64,000 nt of DNA, taken from NCBI GenBank assembly GCA_021828195.1, contig JAKASQ010000002.1:344292-408291 (forward strand), written 5' to 3'. Below, in pieces: positions 49,610 to 59,114 of this stretch; the stretch's first letter is position 1, and each line of letters begins with the position of its first letter. The notes under the pieces were generated by a model. The model ran no database searches, was not told the origin of the DNA, and was given only the letters and a program-made list of their open reading frames with translations. The position numbers and the translations under genes are program-made. The stretch comes from Thermoplasmata archaeon. Its GTDB lineage: Archaea; Thermoplasmatota; Thermoplasmata; Lutacidiplasmatales; UBA184.

Positions 49610-50773
49610 GTGGCCTCCGATGCTCTACCGGAGCCGCCCGTGCGCATCGTCCTCGTTACTCCGTTCTTCTATCCCCACGCCGGGGGCGTCGAGACCCATG
49701 TTCGTCAGCTCGCACGGGGATTCGCGCAGCAGGGCCAGGAGGTGGTGGTGCTCACCGCGCGTTTCGATCCCGACCTGCCCGGGCAGGAGGACCTCGAAGG
49801 CTACCGGATCGTCCGGGCCCCCTGCCGAGCGGTCCTCTTCAACACCCCGATCGATCCCGCGGTCGGCCGCGTGCTCAAGGGGCTGAAAGCGGACATCGTC
49901 CACCTGCACTACCCCCCGCCGCTCACCTCGTACTTTGCCGTCCGCGCGCTGCAGCGGAGCCCGGTCCCGATCTGCCTCACGTACCACTGCGATCTCTACC
50001 TCCCGGGACCTTGGGGTCGCGTCCTCACGGAGGCGTTCCAGCGGATCTTCCTGACCCGCACGCTCGCCCGGGTCGATCGGATCATCGTCCACACGCGCAG
50101 CTATGGGATGACCTCCGCCGTACTGCGTGGACGGCCCCTCGAGATCATCCCCTCGGTCGTCGATCTCGATCGATTCCGGCCCGGCCTCGACTCCTCCGAC
50201 GTCCGCCGCGAGTTCGCGCTCGAGGGAAAGCGAGTGCTCGCATTCACCGGTCGGCTCGTCCCGCACAAAGGCGTGGACGTGATCCTGCGGGCGCTCGCCG
50301 AGCTGCCCCGCGACGTGGTGCTCCTCGCCATCGGTAGCGGTCCCCGCTTCACGTACCTCCGGCGTCTCGCCTACCGCCTCGGCGTCCCGCACCGCGTGCG
50401 ATTCCTGACGGAGGTCTCGGACGTCGACCTCCCCCGGTACCTCTGCGCGGCCGATCTGTTCGTCTTTCCCTCCCAGAACCGGCTCGAGGGCTTTGGGCTC
50501 GCCGTGGCGGAGGCGATGGCCGTGGGCCTCCCGGTCGTCACGGCGGACATGCCCGGGGTCCGAGAAGTGATCGAGCCGGGGAAGGAGGGCCTCCTCGCCG
50601 AACCGCTGATCGCCTCCGATCTGGCCACCCGCATTCGGGAGATCCTCGACGATGATGCGATGCGCGCTCGGATGGCTGCCGCCGCGCGCAAACGCGCGGA
50701 GCAGCGCTACGGCGTCGAGACCGTGACCGGCCAGCTCCTCAAGCTCTACGCCGAGGTGCTCGCAGATCGTTGA
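49610..50773 (+). CDS. Glycosyltransferase family 4
   Basis: FYPHAGGVE, GRLVPHKG, EGFGLAVAEAMA. Confidence 0.92.
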   Translation: MASDALPEPPVRIVLVTPFFYPHAGGVETHVRQLARGFAQQGQEVVVLTARFDPDLPGQEDLEGYRIVRAPCRAVLFNTPIDPAVGRVLKGLKADIVHLHYPPPLTSYFAVRALQRSPVPICLTYHCDLYLPGPWGRVLTEAFQRIFLTRTLARVDRIIVHTRSYGMTSAVLRGRPLEIIPSVVDLDRFRPGLDSSDVRREFALEGKRVLAFTGRLVPHKGVDVILRALAELPRDVVLLAIGSGPRFTYLRRLAYRLGVPHRVRFLTEVSDVDLPRYLCAADLFVFPSQNRLEGFGLAVAEAMAVGLPVVTADMPGVREVIEPGKEGLLAEPLIASDLATRIREILDDDAMRARMAAAARKRAEQRYGVETVTGQLLKLYAEVLADR

Positions 50774-51581
50774 TCTCGTCGCGCAGGCGGCGCGCTTCCA
50801 AGCCGGCGGCCTCCCGCCAGTCGCTCTTCGAGGATGCGTACAGGATGCTGCGAGAAGCCGCCGCCAGGAGCCCGCGGTCGTTGCGGTCGATCCCCCCCGA
50901 GATGCTTGCGGCGAGATCTCCGCGCTGCGCACCGACCCCGGGAAGGAGGATCGCGCCTCGCTCGCCGAGCGCGGCGCGGGCCCGCGCGACCGCTCGAGGA
51001 TCGGTGGCCCCGATGACGACGCCGGCGTTCCCGCTCTTGCGCGCGAGCGTGCCCACGGTCCGGACGATCTCGATCCACAGCGGCGAGGAGCCGTGGCGGA
51101 TCTCCTGGAAGTCCCGGGAACCGGGGTTGCTGGTGTGGGCCACGACGAAGTAGCCTCGATCGGGACGGGCCGCGATCGGAACGAGGCTCTCCCAGCCCAG
51201 CCACGGGGTCACGGTGATCGCGTCGAACCCGAAGGCATCGAACACTCCGTCGGCGAGCAGGCGCATGGTGTTCGGGATGTCGTTCGCCTTCAGGTCGAGG
51301 ATCTTGAGACGGCCCGGCCCGATCCTTCGGGCGATGCGCTCCAAGGCTCCGAACCCCGCCGCTCCGTAGCTCCAATAGGCGGCAAGCTGCATCTTGTACG
51401 CCGACACGTACGGGCGCGTGGCTCCGACGATCCCGCCGAGGAAGGCATCGAGCTGGCGGATCCGACTCTGCCGGCGCAGGGGGGAGGGCGTCCGCGCCGG
51501 GTCCGGATCGAGCCCCACCGACACCAGCGAATTGGTCTCGCAGAGGACGTGGTCGAGGCGGTCGAGGAACGGGGCGGGCAC
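50739..51581 (-). CDS. pyrF: Orotidine-5'-phosphate decarboxylase
   Basis: VGLDP, DLKANDIPNT, TSNPGS, VIGAT, LPGVGAQ, SRSILYA. Confidence 0.93.
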   Translation of the reverse strand: MPAPFLDRLDHVLCETNSLVSVGLDPDPARTPSPLRRQSRIRQLDAFLGGIVGATRPYVSAYKMQLAAYWSYGAAGFGALERIARRIGPGRLKILDLKANDIPNTMRLLADGVFDAFGFDAITVTPWLGWESLVPIAARPDRGYFVVAHTSNPGSRDFQEIRHGSSPLWIEIVRTVGTLARKSGNAGVVIGATDPRAVARARAALGERGAILLPGVGAQRGDLAASISGGIDRNDRGLLAAASRSILYASSKSDWREAAGLEARRLRDEINDLRAPRRRA

Positions 51582-51700
51582 GTTCGGTCCATCGTCGCCG
51601 GCCCGATAAGGCGTACTCCCCGTCGGGGAGCTCAGCGTTCAGGCGCGGTGTCGGGTTTTTATCAAGACCCGCTGTGGGGAGCGACCGCGAGAGAACGAAC

Positions 51701-52861
51701 GTGACGGAAGTTACGGAGCCCGCCTCCCCCACCGATACCCGGCTGCGCGACCTGCGGCCGACGGACGCCCCCGTTCAGATCCTGGGACGGGTCGTGACGG
51801 TGGAGCGTCGCGAGTACGCCAACGCCGCCGACGGCCGGCGTCGCACGTTCCTCTCGGGCCTGTTGAGCGACGGGACGGCGACCGTCCGGTTCACCTGGTG
51901 GGAACCTCCGGCTGAGGGCGTCGACCGTGGAACGGTCCTGCGTGCCGTGAACGCCCAGGTCCGAGAGTTCCGGGGACGGCCCGAGGTCTCCTTCGGTTAT
52001 CGCACACGCGTTGCACCGGCGAGCGAGCTCGAGCTTCCGCCGATCGACGGCGACGACATTCCTCTGCGCAAGATCCACGAGCTGGGAGTCTCCGACGAGG
52101 GATTCCGCCTCGAGGGCCGAGTGGTGCGCATCTCCCCCCGCACGGTCACCGTCGGAACCGAGCAGCGGGCGATCTACGAAGGTCTCCTCGCCGACCGGAG
52201 CGGCTCGATCGCCTTCACCTCGTGGAGCGACTTCGCTCTCCAGGCCGGCCAGACGGTGCGCATCGCGGGAGGATACGTGCGCATGTTCCGCAACCGCCCG
52301 CAACTCAATCTCGATGAACGCTCGGTCGTGGCCCGTATCGAGGGCGGGGATCTGCCCCAGCCGGCGGAGGTGCTCTCGACTCCATCCCGCCCCATCGCCG
52401 AGATCGAGGAAGCGGGCGGAGGAGAGTCGATCGCGCTCGAGGGCGTGATCCTCGGGCTCCTGCCCCCGAGCGGTCTCGTCTATCGATGCCCTACCTGCAG
52501 GCGCGCCGTCGCCGGAGGGATATGTCCCACGCACGGAGCCGTCCAGGGCGTCGCCGATCTGCGAGGACGGTTCGTCGTCGATGACGGCTCGGGCTCGGCC
52601 ACCGTGAACGCCGCCCGGGAGGGGACCGAGAGGCTCTGGGGCCTCTCGCTCGAAGGGGCCCTCGCCCGCCTGCGCGACACGCCCGACCCGACGCGGCTCG
52701 AGGAGCAGCTCTTCGAGGCGACCTTCGGCACGCATGTCCGCGTACGGGGTCGGGCGTCCAGGGACGACTTCGGCCTGACCGTGTACCCCGAATCGATCGA
52801 GCGCGTGACCATCGAGGTCCCGACGCGCGCGCGCGAGCTCGCGGCCCGGCTGGGAAGCTAG
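51701..52861 (+). CDS. Replication protein A (OB folds plus zinc finger)
   Basis: Repeated OB motifs (GLLSDGT..VRFT.W; GLLADRSGSIAFTSW), CPTC.R....CPTHG, VDDGSG. Confidence 0.88.
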   Translation: MTEVTEPASPTDTRLRDLRPTDAPVQILGRVVTVERREYANAADGRRRTFLSGLLSDGTATVRFTWWEPPAEGVDRGTVLRAVNAQVREFRGRPEVSFGYRTRVAPASELELPPIDGDDIPLRKIHELGVSDEGFRLEGRVVRISPRTVTVGTEQRAIYEGLLADRSGSIAFTSWSDFALQAGQTVRIAGGYVRMFRNRPQLNLDERSVVARIEGGDLPQPAEVLSTPSRPIAEIEEAGGGESIALEGVILGLLPPSGLVYRCPTCRRAVAGGICPTHGAVQGVADLRGRFVVDDGSGSATVNAAREGTERLWGLSLEGALARLRDTPDPTRLEEQLFEATFGTHVRVRGRASRDDFGLTVYPESIERVTIEVPTRARELAARLGS

Positions 52862-52864
52862 ACG

Positions 52865-53806
52865 ATGGCGTTGCGCGAGACCGCCTGGCGGGAAACGGCG
52901 GCGGAGATCCTGGCCGCGCTCCAGGAGGAGCGCGGAAGTGGGGAGCGCGCGGCCACGTACCTGCTCTCTCCGTACGGGTCGAGGATGAGCCGAGTGCTCA
53001 TCGCGGGAAACTTGAGCCCGCCGGAGTCGATCGGCCGGAATCCCGCCCAGCCGTTCTGGCGCTCCCGCCTCACCGACCCCACGGGCACGGTGGCCGTGAC
53101 GGCGGGGGGTTTCCAGCCGCGGGCCATGGCCCAGCTGCGTGCGATCACGACGTCCCAGCCGGCCCTGGTCGCGGGGAAGGTCCACCTCTACCGCGGGAAC
53201 GACGGAACGGGATACGTTTCGATTCGGGCGGAAGCCCTACGCCCGCTGGACGAGGGTCAGTTGCGGGTTGCGCTTCTCGATGAGCTGAGCCAGAGTCTCG
53301 ATCGACTCGAGCTCGTAGAACGGCTCCGGAAGGAGCCGATGACCCCCGATGCGGGCCTGCGAGCGGAAGGGATCGGCGCCGTGGGGCTGCGGGCGGCCCG
53401 GGAGGCGATCCGGCGGTACCCCTCCATCGACCGCTCCGCCTTCCGGGCGATCCTGAAACTGTTGCTTCCTGCGATTGAGGGGCGCGCCCCGGTCGTCTCG
53501 GCCGCGCCCGGTATCCCGGCGACCGTTCGGGTGACACGGGTGGAGGTCCCAGCCCCTCGGCGCCGAGAAGCCCCGAGCGCGTCCGAACGCGCGAACGAGT
53601 CCGCGTTCCTCGATGTGATGGACGAGCTCGCGGATGGGTCGATGGACGGATATGCGGACTACCGCGAGCTGCGTCAGCGTCTGGCGGAGCGAGGCCTCTC
53701 CGAGGAGGCGGCGGAGACCATCCTCGCCCGGCTGCAGGACGACGGCGTGGTCGAGGAGCCGATCATGGGCCGCCTTCGCCGCGCTTCCGCCCTCACGGAC
53801 GGCTGA
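52865..53806 (+). CDS. RPA-associated protein (OB fold plus winged helix)
   Basis: RETAWR, YLLSPYG...RVLIAG, DPTG, FQP; C-terminal L..LQDDG.V.EP..G; follows RPA. Confidence 0.85.
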   Translation: MALRETAWRETAAEILAALQEERGSGERAATYLLSPYGSRMSRVLIAGNLSPPESIGRNPAQPFWRSRLTDPTGTVAVTAGGFQPRAMAQLRAITTSQPALVAGKVHLYRGNDGTGYVSIRAEALRPLDEGQLRVALLDELSQSLDRLELVERLRKEPMTPDAGLRAEGIGAVGLRAAREAIRRYPSIDRSAFRAILKLLLPAIEGRAPVVSAAPGIPATVRVTRVEVPAPRRREAPSASERANESAFLDVMDELADGSMDGYADYRELRQRLAERGLSEEAAETILARLQDDGVVEEPIMGRLRRASALTDG

Positions 53807-53864
53807 TCGGAGCCTCCCCCGCAGCCGATTGGATACATTTATACCACCTCGACACTCGGCGGCG

Positions 53865-53925
53865 GGGGGATGAAGACCACCTGTCTCTCCGATTACGTGA
53901 CGAGACCAGCGACGAACTGACCCCC
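53865..53925 (+). ncRNA. Box C/D 2'-O-methylation guide sRNA
   Basis: GGGGG-[C: ATGAAGA]-12 nt-[D': CCGA]-TTAC-[C': GTGACGA]-13 nt-[D: CTGA]-CCCCC; TTTATA at 53838. Confidence 0.8.
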
Positions 53926-53949
53926 ACCTTCCAACGGAACCAGAACTCA

Positions 53950-54927
53950 ATGGCCCAGAAGTACTCGTATTGGCCCCTCGCGATCTTCATGGCCATCGTT
54001 ATCGTGGCCGCCAGCGGAGCCGGGGCCTACCTCTACTACCATTCCAAGCTCTCCCCGACGCAACCGCTCCTTTCGGTCGAGCTGGGTGACAACGTGACCG
54101 TGAACTACATCGGCTACTTTGGAAGCGGCCCCCAGACCGGGGCGATCTTCGACACGTCGCTCTGGAGCATCGCGAACAACTCGAACCTGAAGAAATCGCT
54201 CGAATTCACCAATCGAGGATCGCAAGCGGCCTACACGCCGCTCGGCGTCTATGTTGGACCAACGGCTCCCTCCGGCGGCTACGTGGTCCACAACACCACC
54301 TTCAACACGGTCGTCACCGGGTTCTGGAAGGGCATGCTCGGGATGACCGGGAACGTCAGCAGATCGATCTCGATCCCACCGTCGCTCGGCTACGGCAACG
54401 GGCAGGCCGGGTGCTACCGGAGCAGCCCGCTCGTCTACACGATCCCCGCCACGAACGTCATCGCGCTGTCCACCTTCCAGACGCAATATCCCAACGGGAC
54501 CGCCACGGCGGGGTCCCAGTTCACCGACCCGCAGTACGGTTGGACCGACTTCGTCCTCAGCGCGAACGCGAGCTGGGTCGTCGTCCAGTACCATCCCACT
54601 CCCGGCCAGCTCTCCTCGCCGTACGGGTACCCCGAGCAGGTGACGAACATCTCGACCGCAAGCGGCGGCGCGGGCACGATCACCCTCACGAGCCTGCTCG
54701 CCCCCAGCCAGGCGGGACTCGTCCTGGGCAAGCTGCCCGCCTCCGCGAGCACGATCTGCAGCGCGAACAAGTTCATCGTCAGTTCGATCAACCCCGCCAC
54801 GAATACCCAGGTCTGGAACTTCAACGCCGAAGTGATGGGACAGACCCTCGTCTTTGTGGTCACAGTCCTGAACATCTATCCCGGCCCGAACCACACGGGC
54901 GGCTCCTCCGGAAGTGGCGGGTACTGA
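53950..54927 (+). CDS. Membrane-anchored FKBP-type peptidyl-prolyl isomerase-like protein
   Basis: N-terminal TM; GDNVTVNYIG...IFDTS, GF.KGM.GM, IPPSLGYG, C-terminal FN..MGQTLVFVVTV. Confidence 0.75.
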   Translation: MAQKYSYWPLAIFMAIVIVAASGAGAYLYYHSKLSPTQPLLSVELGDNVTVNYIGYFGSGPQTGAIFDTSLWSIANNSNLKKSLEFTNRGSQAAYTPLGVYVGPTAPSGGYVVHNTTFNTVVTGFWKGMLGMTGNVSRSISIPPSLGYGNGQAGCYRSSPLVYTIPATNVIALSTFQTQYPNGTATAGSQFTDPQYGWTDFVLSANASWVVVQYHPTPGQLSSPYGYPEQVTNISTASGGAGTITLTSLLAPSQAGLVLGKLPASASTICSANKFIVSSINPATNTQVWNFNAEVMGQTLVFVVTVLNIYPGPNHTGGSSGSGGY

Positions 54928-54963
54928 CCGCGCCCGCCCCCGGCGCTCGGATCGGAGCCTCGC

Positions 54964-55869
54964 TTAACGGAGCGTGACCCGACCGTGCTTCTTGAGCTGC
55001 TCGAGGGTCGATTCTGCCACGCGGGCTCGGATCTCTTCCGGCCCGGCTCCGCGCCGCTGGGGAGCGAACCGACGCGCGGCGTCGCGCGCCTCCTCTCGGC
55101 GCTGGCGTGACTTCTCCACCAGCTGCGCCGCCTCACGGTCGAGGGTCGCGAACTCCCGGTTCACCGAATCGAGCTTCTCCATGATCTGGCGGCGCAGCAG
55201 ACCCTTCGCCCGCATCTGCGCAACGACCGAGCCCTGGGCGGCGAGATTGGAACGGACCTCATCGAGCTTCGCCTCCCGGTCGCCCTTCAGGCGAACGGTT
55301 TCCGAGCCGAGGCGGCTGACCTCGCCCCGCGCTTCCCGCATCGCGGTCTCCGCCTCCTTCAAGCGTTTCTCGTGTTCGGCGAGCACGGCGGCGTGCGCTT
55401 CGAGCTCTTTGAGGAACTGGCTGCGCTCGCGCATCCGTGCGATGAGCGCGTTCTCCTCCTTGACGGGGAGCGCGTGGGTCTGCTGGCGCAGCTCGAGCTC
55501 GGCGATCTCCTTGCGGACCTGCTCGGGCCGGGCGCGCTCGCTCGCGGGGATTTCCGAGCGGATCTCCCGAGTGCGGGCGGTGAGTTCGTCGAGCTTCGCG
55601 CGGGCCGCGTTGCGTGCATCGCGCAGGCGGGCGATCTCCCGGCCCATCCGGCGGTGTTCCTCGTAGCGTTGCTCGGCGGCCGCCTGCGGACCGTGCTGGG
55701 AGTCGTAGAGGGCCTTCTGCTCGGCCGCGAGTTCGCGGACCTGGTCGACAAGGTCCTGACGGCGTTGGTGGAGGACGCGCAGCTTGCCATCGATCGCCTC
55801 GAGGCGATCGCGGCCCTCCCGCTCCTCCTGCTCCGCCTCTTCGGAGAGGAACGCCGTCCGTCCGCGCAT
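54964..55869 (-). CDS. Archaeal coiled-coil protein
   Basis: Heptad E/R/K/L-rich sequence; IAELELRQQT..L..KEE..LI motif. Confidence 0.8.
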   Translation of the reverse strand: MRGRTAFLSEEAEQEEREGRDRLEAIDGKLRVLHQRRQDLVDQVRELAAEQKALYDSQHGPQAAAEQRYEEHRRMGREIARLRDARNAARAKLDELTARTREIRSEIPASERARPEQVRKEIAELELRQQTHALPVKEENALIARMRERSQFLKELEAHAAVLAEHEKRLKEAETAMREARGEVSRLGSETVRLKGDREAKLDEVRSNLAAQGSVVAQMRAKGLLRRQIMEKLDSVNREFATLDREAAQLVEKSRQRREEARDAARRFAPQRRGAGPEEIRARVAESTLEQLKKHGRVTLR

Positions 55870-55925
55870 CGCCCCACGACCAACGGGGGGTCTCAAATAG
55901 ACTACCCCCGCACCCCGCGGTCCGC

Positions 55926-56292
55926 TTAGGCTCGGAAGAGCCCGAGGAGGTTGGCGATGGCCAACGCGGCGAAGGCGTGCGGCCGTGCGCGCTTGAGATA
56001 GGTGGGCCAGGGGATCGACACGCCCGCTTGGTGTGCGGCCGAGAGCGCGACGATGTTGGAGGCGGACCCGATCGGGGTGCCGCCCCCGCCGATGCCGAGT
56101 CCCAAGACCGAGGCGAACACGAAGGGTTCGGGTCCCGATCGACGCGATCCCGTCCGCGATCGCGCTCACGGCGCCGGTGCCTACGAGCGCTCCGACGAGG
56201 ATGAAGAGCCCGAGCAGGAACAGCACGATCTCCCCATCGAGTGAGCGGATCACCCGTGTCGTGTAGACGGGGAACGATAGCCCCCGCGCCAC
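55926..56292 (-). pseudogene. ArsB/NhaD/SLC13-type permease remnant
   Basis: LD...VLFLLGLFILVGAL and GGGGTPIGSASNIV lie in different frames with the intervening region missing. Confidence 0.65.
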
Positions 56293-56317
56293 AAGCCCGC
56301 CGATCAGCCAGACGGGT

Positions 56318-57094
56318 TCAGGTCGTAGGAGCCCGCGCGGAAGCGGGCCGTTGCGTGTCTCCGCCGGGGGGCCCCTCCGGGCGGAGGCGAGCGAGCAGGT
56401 GGGCGGCGAAGAGAGCGGCCGGCACGGCCGCGTCGATGTTCACCACGGCGAGCGGCGCGCACGATTGCAGCATCGAGGAGAGCGCGCCCTCCCCGGCGCC
56501 GCCCCGGCCGTAGCCGACCGCGACGGGGACCCCGACAACGGGGGCGCGGACCAGGCCCGCGACGACCGTGGCGAGGGCGCCCTCCCGTCCCGCGAACACG
56601 AGGTAGCACCGAGGGCGATGGCGCTCCAGCTTCCTCACGGCGCGCAGGAGGCGGTGCAGCCCCGCCACGCCGACGTCGTAAGCCATCACGGTTCGGATCC
56701 CGAGTTCGTGGAGTACCGCTCGGGCTTCTTCAGCGATGATCACGTCGCTCGTCCCCGCGGTGACGAGCGCGATCGGCCCCCGCGCATAGTGAACGTGCAG
56801 TGGTCCGACGAGCCGGAGCACCCGTCCGTCCGCGAGCTCCCGGACGGGAAGTCCCGTCGCCCGTTCTGCCCGGAGACGTCGCAACTGAGCGGGGGTGGGG
56901 CGGGAGACGATGGCGCCTTCCCCCTTTCGGTGAAGCGCACGAAGGATGCCGACCAGATGCTCAGCGCTCTTGCCCTCCGCGAGCACTATCTCAGGGACCC
57001 CGGTGCGTCGCGTCCGCGCGCGATCGAGGCGAGCGTATCCGCCGACCGCGAACTCGTTCGGTGAGCGTTTCCGGGGCGCCGGACGTCCGGTCAC
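56318..57094 (-). CDS. larB: LarB-like (AIR carboxylase-related) protein
   Basis: ARLD..R..RTGVPEIV..EGK, TAGTSD..IAEEA, DVGVAGLHRL, VGYG, SMLQSC. Confidence 0.88.
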   Translation of the reverse strand: MTGRPAPRKRSPNEFAVGGYARLDRARTRRTGVPEIVLAEGKSAEHLVGILRALHRKGEGAIVSRPTPAQLRRLRAERATGLPVRELADGRVLRLVGPLHVHYARGPIALVTAGTSDVIIAEEARAVLHELGIRTVMAYDVGVAGLHRLLRAVRKLERHRPRCYLVFAGREGALATVVAGLVRAPVVGVPVAVGYGRGGAGEGALSSMLQSCAPLAVVNIDAAVPAALFAAHLLARLRPEGPPGGDTQRPASARAPTT

Positions 57095-57153
57095 TGCTTC
57101 CACGACCCAAGTTGTGATATATCGGGTGCTAGTAGTCGCGCTCGGCGCCCCCC

Positions 57154-58302
57154 ATGCCAGACTTCTCACTCACTCCGGAACAGGAAAGCCTCCGGGACCT
57201 CGCCCGGAAGTTCGCGCGGACCGAGATGGCGCCGCATGCTGCGGAGTGCGACAAGGCCGGGCGCTTCCCCGAGGAGATCTACCGCAGGGGCTGGGAACTT
57301 GGACTGATGAACCTGAACGTCCCGACCGAGTACGGCGGCAGCGGCCTCTCGGTCATGGACCAATGCCTGATCGTCGAGGAGCTCGCCCAAGGCTGCGGGG
57401 GCATGACGACCTCGATCATCGCCAACTGCCTCGCGCTCGAACCGATCATCCTCGGCGGGACGGCGGAGCAGCGGGCGCAATGGCTCACGCCGTTCTGCGC
57501 GGAGTACCATCTCGCGTCCTTCTGCCTGACCGAGCCCGGCGGGGGCAGCGATGCCGGTGCGCTGAAGACGCGTGCGCGAAAGGAGGGGGATCACTACGTC
57601 CTCGACGGAGAGAAGTGCTTCATCACCAACGCCCCGCACGCCTCGCTGTACACGGTCTTCGCGACGATCGATCCGCAGCTCGGCCACAAAGGGATCACCG
57701 CGTTCATCGTTCCCCGCGACACTCCCGGGGTCGCTCCCGGAAAGGACGAGGACAAGATGGGCCACCGCGCGAGCTCTACCAGCACGGTTCACTTCGAGGG
57801 GGTTCGAGTGCCCGTCGCGAACCGGCTCGGCGCCGAGGGCGAAGGGTTCTTGATGGCGATGCGCACGCTCGACCAGACCCGGACGCCGATCGGCGCGCTC
57901 GCGACCGGGATCGGCCAGGCGGCGCTGGACCACGCCGCCAAGTACGCGCTCGGTCGCCGTTCGTTCGGCAAGCCGATCGCCGAGCACCAGGCGATCCAGA
58001 TCAAGCTCGCCAACATGGTCCAGTCCATTCGCGCCGCCCGGCTCCTCACCTGGCAGGCCGCCGTCACGATCGACCGGGGAGAGCGGGGATCGCTCGAGTC
58101 GGCGATCGCGAAGTGCTACGCCTCGGACGCCGCGATGCACGTCGCCGACGACGCGATCCAGATCTTCGGCGGCTACGGCTACATGAAGGAGTATCCGGTC
58201 GAGAAGCTCCTGCGCGACGCGAAGCTCACCCAGATCTACGAGGGTGCGAACGAGATCCAGCGGATCGTCATCTCGAAAGAGTTGCTGCGAGCGTACGCGT
58301 AG
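57154..58302 (+). CDS. Acyl-CoA dehydrogenase
   Basis: CLTEPGGGSD, KCFITN, RRSFGKPI, QIFGGYGY, IYEGANEIQ. Confidence 0.95.
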   Translation: MPDFSLTPEQESLRDLARKFARTEMAPHAAECDKAGRFPEEIYRRGWELGLMNLNVPTEYGGSGLSVMDQCLIVEELAQGCGGMTTSIIANCLALEPIILGGTAEQRAQWLTPFCAEYHLASFCLTEPGGGSDAGALKTRARKEGDHYVLDGEKCFITNAPHASLYTVFATIDPQLGHKGITAFIVPRDTPGVAPGKDEDKMGHRASSTSTVHFEGVRVPVANRLGAEGEGFLMAMRTLDQTRTPIGALATGIGQAALDHAAKYALGRRSFGKPIAEHQAIQIKLANMVQSIRAARLLTWQAAVTIDRGERGSLESAIAKCYASDAAMHVADDAIQIFGGYGYMKEYPVEKLLRDAKLTQIYEGANEIQRIVISKELLRAYA

Positions 58303-58316
58303 GCCCGGAGGAGCCG

Positions 58317-59114
58317 ATGGAGATCGCCGTTCTGATCAAGCCGGTACCGGAGGCGGAGACCCGCCTTCGCGCCCGAACCGACGGGACCCAGCTCGACGCC
58401 GAGGGTGTCAAGTTCGTGCTCGCCGGCTACGACGAATCCGCGATCGAGCAGGCACTCCTCCTCCGCGAGGCGACGCCCGGCTCGAAGGTACGGGCGCTCG
58501 CGTTCGGTCCGGCGCCCCGCACCGAGGAGGTCCTGCGCGCCGCTCTCGCCCTCGGGGTCGATGAGGTGACCTGGGTCGAGTCACCGGCGGAAGGGGCGGA
58601 CGACCCGGGGGTCGTGGCCCGCGCGCTCGCCTTCGCGCTCGCCCGGGTCCCGCACGAACTGCTCTTGGGAGGCAAGCAGGCGGGCGATGACGAGGAAGGT
58701 CTCGTGACGGCCGCGATCGCGGAGTCCCTCGGCATCGCGGACTTCGGCAGCGTCGTCAACCTGCGCGTCGACTCGGCGAGCGGGTCTCTCACGTTCCAGC
58801 GTGCGACCGAGGAGGGCGTCGAGAGCTGGACCGCTCCCCTTCCGTGCGCCATCGCGCTCCAGCAGGCGTGGAACGACCCGCGGACCGCGAAACTGCCGAA
58901 CATCCTCAAGTCCCGGAAGATGCCGATCGCGAAGATTCCCTGGGCCGAGGTCTCGGCCGCGCTCGGGGAGGCGGCCCGACCCCGCTCGGTGGCGGAACGG
59001 TTCGAGCTCCCGCCGGCCCGCACCGGCGCGAAGATGATCGAGTACAAGTCCCCGGAAGAGGCGGCAGAGACGATCGTCCGCCTCCTGCGCGAGGAGGCGA
59101 AGGTCTTCCCGTGA
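58317..59114 (+). CDS. etfB: Electron transfer flavoprotein beta subunit
   Basis: IKPVP, YDESAIEQAL, GKQAGDD, NDPR. Confidence 0.9.
   Translation: MEIAVLIKPVPEAETRLRARTDGTQLDAEGVKFVLAGYDESAIEQALLLREATPGSKVRALAFGPAPRTEEVLRAALALGVDEVTWVESPAEGADDPGVVARALAFALARVPHELLLGGKQAGDDEEGLVTAAIAESLGIADFGSVVNLRVDSASGSLTFQRATEEGVESWTAPLPCAIALQQAWNDPRTAKLPNILKSRKMPIAKIPWAEVSAALGEAARPRSVAERFELPPARTGAKMIEYKSPEEAAETIVRLLREEAKVFP

Noticed and set aside
53870-53920. 16-codon uORF MKTTCLSDYVTRPATN
   Set aside because: Its ATG and TGA coincide with the C and D boxes of the guide sRNA.
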